Positions 58,012-64,000 of a stretch of 64,000 nucleotides of DNA are shown here, piece after piece. Every line of letters begins with the position of its first letter. The first letter of the stretch is position 1. The DNA is from Eledone cirrhosa. Its lineage: Eukaryota. The notes under the pieces are model-generated. The model saw only the letters and a program-made list of their open reading frames with translations. It was not told the origin of the DNA and made no database searches. The translations under genes were made by a program, and so were the position numbers. Location: assembly GCA_964016885.1 (NCBI GenBank), contig OZ024742.1, forward strand, positions 78,368,001 through 78,432,000, given 5' to 3'.

Positions 58012-58022
58012 TGTGTGTGTGC
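57853..58022. repeat. (GT)n and (GCGT)n microsatellite
   Basis: Directly visible. Confidence 0.95.
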
Positions 58023-58214
58023 GGGGCAAGCCGCATATATTCCATCCATTAGAAAAAGCAAAATGCTTCATCCTCGATGGAGGGACGACTCAAGAAGAAT
58101 ATACATATACATACATATAAATATACGAAAATAAACGGATAAACAACACCTGAAAACGATACATTACGAGGAAGATATATATTAGTTGTATGTTTGATAT
58201 AGGAAGAAAAAGAG

Positions 58215-58250
58215 TTTTAACGTTTCCGACGTTAGTCCTTCATCAGAGGA
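58215..58250 (-). ncRNA. Degenerate minimal hammerhead (PLE-type)
   Basis: Minus strand: CTGATGA-AGGAC TAAC GTCG-GAAACGTT; stem I not restored; related copy at ~59922-59958. Confidence 0.35.
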
Positions 58251-58391
58251 TGGTATGGGAGATAAAAAAAAAAGAAATAGAAAAGAGAGTAACAAGAGGA
58301 TAAAACGGGAAAATCTTTTTAGAAGGAGCAAGTCAGCCAAGTTGGAGAAGTACAATAAATATAAAACATACCATATATTAATATAATAAAA

Positions 58392-58642
58392 TGGACATGG
58401 CTTGGTGGTTAGAACGTTGGGCTTGGTGGTTAGAACGGTCGATTCTCGGACCGGGAAAGTCTTGAGCAAGACACTTGTATAAATGAGTTGTGATGTCACT
58501 GGTGCCAAGCTGAATCAGCCTTTGTCTTTTCTTTGGACAACATGGACGACTGCTGATCTTCCACAAACAACCTTGCCCGGACTTGTGCTTCGGAGGAGAA
58601 CTTTCTAGGTCATTCGTGACAGAAGGGAGTCTTTACGCTTTA
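58392..58642 (+). mobile_element. tRNA-derived SINE (second family) with duplicated A-box segment
   Basis: GGCTTGGTGGTTAGAACG twice, TTGAGCAAGACACTT core, body like 13815-14020. Confidence 0.75.
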
Positions 58643-59002
58643 TGTGTATATGTATGTGTGTGTGTGTGTTTGTTCGATATATGTGTATGTGTATGTGTCT
58701 GTGTGTGTGTGTGAGTGAGATTAGACTCAGAGGGTGAAAAAGAGTATGTGCTTTACTTCTTCGGGGATTAATTATTTGAAATCGTGATTTTCTACATTAT
58801 TTTTGGTGTTGATATTATTGTGTCTTATTTATGGCAGCATACTAATGTTAGAAATAATTACCATTGTTGTGAGCTTATTATTCTGTTAGTATTTCTTCAG
58901 GAATTCCTAATTATAATGAAATCCATATATAAACCTATAAATACATATACACACGAACATAATATATATTAACACAACCCTGCACACACACATACACAGG
59001 TG

Positions 59003-59039
<37 letters not shown>

Positions 59040-59445
59040 CCGAAACGTTGAACCTTCCCCCACTTCCTCCATATAATATATATATATATATATACTAATT
59101 TTACTAAGGCTAAATAATGAGTCGGGTTACTCTGGAGTTTTGCTTGTTTATCGTAGTCACCAGACAAGAACTAACGTTTCAGTAGCAGGCACAATATAAA
59201 TAAAAGAAGAACCGAAGTGCGGGGAGGGGGTGGGTGATTTAATTAAGAAAGGTAATTAAGAGAGGGTGGACAGGCTGGTGGTGGCAGTGGCTGATGATAG
59301 GGCTGTGTGAAAAAGAGGAAGGTGATAAAGGGTGATAGTGGACACAGCCATATAATTCTAACTGCTCACTGGGGGGGGGGGGGCAGGTGATTATTATGAA
59401 GTTCGGTGTATGGGGGGGGGGTAGTGAAATGGTTGGTGTGTTTGG

Positions 59446-59503
59446 CAGGATAAAGTGGTGGATGGAATATACATATGTATATTCCATCCACCATTTTATC
59501 CTG
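59446..59503. repeat. 58-bp spacerless palindrome
   Basis: CAGGATAAAGTGGTGGATGGAATATACAT|ATGTATATTCCATCCACCATTTTATCCTG, one mismatch. Confidence 0.9.
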
Positions 59504-59667
59504 GCAATAACACATGTATATAAATATATATACATACACACAAACGTATACATACATACGTAATGTCTTAATAAAATGAATATTAAAACTCTACTTAGGT
59601 ACTGAGTACTCTTTTCTATGTAAGCACCTGCGAAAACTTTATAGAAGTGTGTATGTATATGACGGTA

Positions 59668-59698
<31 letters not shown>

Positions 59699-60961
59699 TC
59701 AATTTGTCAAGCTATCTAAACGTATGTTATTACTCTGAGGGCCTACTCTTATTGAGTGCTTTGCTACTCATTCCTAATTATAGGTCGATTTTGCTTGGCC
59801 GCAGCCAAAACTTCGATTTTACTAAGCTTCCACTTGTATATATATATATTCAAGGGAAAATTCCCATGAGAAAAATACAACAAAATATATTAATTTAACG
59901 CTTGATATACTAGGAAAGACAATTAACGTTTAGAACGTTAGTCTTTCATTGGAAGATGGAATGATAGTGAGAATGGCGGATGCATGCGAAATAGAAGAAA
60001 TAGGAAGATAGACGTGAGTAAGAAAAGACTAGAGAAATATACATGAGTAGGTAATTGGTCATTTTAGATAGTTTTAGATAGTTGTCATTTCAGAACAAAA
60101 CTCGTCGGTCGCAAATTTACCGGGTAGCGGGAGGACGGTAATAAACCTCGGGAAGGTATGAATAAATGTGGGCGATGGGTTCGTTTATTTGTAGAAAGCT
60201 GTGACGGTATGAAAATCGTGATGCGCTGTAGATCATGACTGCGGTTGAAGTTCTATTTTTTGTGTATGTGTGTGTAGGCATAGAAGACTTAGGTATGTAT
60301 GTGTGAGTGTGCACAGGCACATATATAAGCTCGCACAACATTATATTCGTACATATGCATACACATACAAACACACACACATGTGGAGGCACACCTTATG
60401 TAGTTCAAAGAGGGAAAGACAATGACATATGTATACAAGTCACCAACTCACATGCCATGTTCGAGAAAAGTCTGAAATGTTTATAGACTGACCAAGATAC
60501 TCGTATGGAATGACCAAATGAGTTTTATTTTTTAACATATTGCCGGGAAAGAAACAATGCAGATATTAATAAGAACTGAAATTAATGCATGCAAGATTTC
60601 ACAACTCCAGCATCATTCCTTCATTGTTAGTCAATGAACTTTTCAGTCCACTCTAGTTGACCGAAAGAGACGCCCCAAAGCATCATGTACACTGACATGA
60701 CTATACAGACGTCAACTGCCGAAATCCGAAAAATGGAGGACACGGTAATCAATAGAGGTAAAACCATATGAGGTGGTGTCGGAATAACTGGCGTGAAGAA
60801 ATTCAATCCGATGCCAAGATAGTCCCAGCACAATCCCTAACGCAGGCTGCATACATATCGTGCAGACAAAAGGAAGCGGACACAAGTGTTGTGCGTAATG
60901 GTAATTAATGTACGTTATGTGGCGTTATTTTTAAAGCTCTATATATGGTTTGTGAGCTGGG

Positions 60962-61021
<60 letters not shown>

Positions 61022-61177
61022 GTAGTTTACTTAACTACATATATATAGTTGATAAATGAAACAAAACAAAACAAGCACAGGAGACCAAAAATACACAGTT
61101 ATTTTAGGTTCACGCTTGGAGGAAGTGGGGGAAGGTTCAACGTTTCGGACAGAAGTCCTTTACACAAACACACAGAC

Positions 61178-61264
<87 letters not shown>

Positions 61265-61387
61265 GTTATAATAGTGACATATACAGTTACTTAAGTTTCG
61301 TTGGGTTATACACCCCGACTCAATCAGCCTCATATAAAAAAATTCAAGGACAGGTAATTTCGAAATTAGCTATAAATAAACAGCATT

Positions 61388-61487
61388 ATTAACTTGCCTT
61401 TCATCTTTATGGAGTCGATAAAATAAAGTACCAGTAATGCTCTGTGTTAATTGTTGGCCTTGTGCCAAAAGTAGAAACAATTATTAA
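61388..61487 (+). mobile_element. Main-family SINE, 5'-truncated
   Basis: Consensus body and tail. Confidence 0.8.
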
Positions 61488-62332
61488 ATAGGTTAAAAGG
61501 ACGTAAGTATAAAACATCCCTGGTGCAGAGAACTTGTGTTAGGTTAGTAATTCAAAGAAATCAAATTCCTTGAAATTCACATTAGTTATTAATTCGAAGA
61601 AAATATGTTCCTTGAAATTCAAATTAGTTAGTCTAGGCTATACCATTTTATTAGAATAAATTTTGCTTCGTTTGGACAGTGACTGAAGCAGACAAGGCGT
61701 GTATTTAACCAGTGTTTCTCTGAATCCAGTTGTGAGAGTTTATTCAACTTTCCCGAATTACATAGCCGGCAAAATTTCGTCAAATTAATATAGGGATTAG
61801 ATTTTTCTCATACGCCATTTAATGAAAAAATGTGGCGTTATTTTTAAAGCTCCTTACATGGTTTGCGAGCTGGGCGGCATATTCATATATATATATATAT
61901 ATAGTGGGTTGTGTAGCTTTTTGTAGTGCATTCGGTTCAGGGCAAGGTAAGAAGATAATCTATAGGGAGCGAAGAGGAAGAAGCTAAAATACAATAATAA
62001 ACAAGAGAAAACATGTTTAAAAACCGGTATACGTTTTGTTTTATTGTTCGTTTAGTTGAAGGTAGAGGTTTAGAAAGATGAGTTTGTGAGAGATAACGTT
62101 AGCAATTGAATTAGCGTTAGGGTTAGAATTAGGATTAGTATAAGTATAGTTGTCGTTACTTGTTGCTGGGTTAGTATTTTTCGCTCGATAGTGAGCGCTT
62201 TCGGATTATATATATATAAGAACGTAAGGTTTTCAACTTCTTTTTCCAGTATATATAATCTATTTGACTGCATATACAGTGTTGGTTTCTTTTGTAATGA
62301 TTTTTAAATACTTTCCCTTGCAGCAACTAAAT

Positions 62333-62511
62333 AATAATTGTTTCTACTTTTGGCACAAGGCCAGCAATTACCCAGTACATTACTGGTACTTTATTTTATC
62401 AATCCCGTATGGATGAAAGGCAAAGTTAACCTCGGCGGGATTTGAAATCAGATCATAAATGGACATAACTATGCTAGAAAGCATGTCCGACCCTCTACCG
62501 ATACTGCCATA

Positions 62512-62563
<52 letters not shown>

Positions 62564-63140
62564 GTGGTGATGATACCAATATCAGTAATAATTGTTTCTA
62601 CTTTTGGCACAAGGCCAGCAATTACCCAGTGCATTACTGGTACTTCATTTTATCGACCCCGTAAGAATGTAAGGCAAAGTTAACCTCGGCGGGATTTGAA
62701 CTCAGATTGGCAAGCGCCGTAACTCTATCAGTAATAATAGCGTTTTCTGATAGCTATCATATCAACGTGAATTGGCAGCATCGGTAGAGCGTCAGACACC
62801 ATGCTTTACAGCATAGAGTTATGGCCCTTTATGTTCTGAGTTCAAATCCTGCTGAGGTTAACTGTGCCTTTCATCCTTACAGGGTCGATAAAATAAAGTA
62901 CCAGTAATGCTCTGGGATAATTGCTGGCCTTGTGCCAAAAGTAGAAACAATTATTACTATTGGCAGTATCGGTAGAGGGTCGGACATGCTTTCTAGCATA
63001 GAGTTACGTCCCTTTACGATCTGAGTTCAAATCCCGCCGAGGTTAACTTTGCCTTTCATCCATACGGGGTCGATAAAATAAAGTACCAGTAATGCACTGG
63101 GTCATTGCTGGCCTTGTGCCAAAGGTAGAAACAATTACTA
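62333..63140. mobile_element. Four main-family SINEs arranged -,-,+,+
   Basis: 62333-62510 minus, 62586-62725 minus, 62767-62955 plus, 62960-63140 plus. Confidence 0.9.
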
Positions 63141-63934
63141 CTACTACTACACCTTTATCACTATCACCAGTAACTCCACTAGCACCATCTTCATCATCAT
63201 GAACACATATTTTTAGATTTACTTTTATTCTGAGGTGTATTTAAAAATAAAATAAAATAATTCCCTTCCATAACTAAATCATAAGTTACGATTGTGAACA
63301 TATACAGAGAAGAGGGAGAAGGATGAGAGAAATGGATGGGAATATCGCAGAAGCTACAAAAAAGAAGAAATATATAAATTCCGATATGATTTTGGTATTT
63401 TTAGTTACATGTTTTTCTATAAATATATTTTTTTATCTCCCTTGAAGTTGTTAGGATAATCATCTCACCATCTTAGTAGCACCGTAAGACCTAACATTTT
63501 CACACTTGAGCAATAACACCACCACCAAGCACAACAAGACATCAAGAAGAAAAAAACCAGAAATAAAAATGAATGTAGTATTCAAATTTTTGTAATCTAA
63601 GTGGTAATTATAATGTGTTTAAGGAGGGGGTGATGATAGTGATGGTTGAGATGGAGAATCTAAGGCTTGTGACAAAGATTTACAGATAATTCATATATGT
63701 TGTGGCTGTTGTTGTTTAGCCCAGGGCAAACTTATTATCAATGATATTCCTGCAAAGATCGTCTTATTTTTTCTTTACATATATATATATGTACGAATAT
63801 TTTCGAAACAGCGAGTTGGTTTGAAATTATTAGAAATGTAAGCTATCGCCATATTTTGACTAAAGAAATTAAAGAAATTATTTAGCCTGATAGTGGGGTT
63901 AAGAACCCTCGGAGAAATGGAAAAAGATGAGTAT

Positions 63935-64000
63935 TGACGTAAATGGGAGTCGAACCCACATCTTTAGTTATCCGGACTACTGTGCTACCATTTACACCAA
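63935..64000 (-). tRNA. tRNA-like sequence (pseudo-tRNA or repeat head), runs off the window
   Basis: Minus strand TGGTGTAAATGGTAGCAC (A box) and GTGGGTTCGACTCCCAT (T arm/B box); non-canonical anticodon loop. Confidence 0.45.

Noticed and set aside
59036-61165. GTCCGAAACGTTGAACCTTCCCCCACTTCCTCC at 59038 (+) and 61118-61150 (-) as ribozymes
   Set aside because: Only the 3' half of a PLE-type motif; CUGANGA absent
63885-63920. CTGATAG..GGGTT-AAG-AACCC..GAAA hammerhead-like motif
   Set aside because: Core deviates from CUGANGA and no stem I or III is found

Overview
AT-rich, microsatellite-dense animal genomic DNA with no recognisable host protein-coding exon. The tRNA-derived SINEs resemble those I associate with Octopus or coleoid cephalopods; this is an inference, not a database result. 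The window is almost entirely retroelement-derived: three near-full-length but disrupted Tx1/L1-clade LINEs plus three fragments, a 5'-truncated RTE LINE with a PHD finger in its RT region, older RTE, CRE and Penelope-like (PLE) relics, an internally deleted mariner with ~103-bp TIRs, more than 20 SINE copies and several fold-back palindromes. Four signals stand out. (1) One Tx1 group sits in (ATCT)n microsatellites in one orientation and forms a head-to-tail array; relatives sit in (TTA)n. (2) In all three long Tx1 copies ORF1 ends in a splice-donor consensus and ORF2 ends in CTGTAG|G, suggesting ORF2 could be spliced out as an intron (inference). (3) A canonical hammerhead ribozyme lies in a 666-nt partial tandem repeat (retrozyme/PLE-like), and further minimal or half hammerheads occur elsewhere. 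(4) Fold-back palindromes recur, several centred on AT-alternating sequence. All alignments and folds were done by eye, and boundaries of degenerate relics are approximate.
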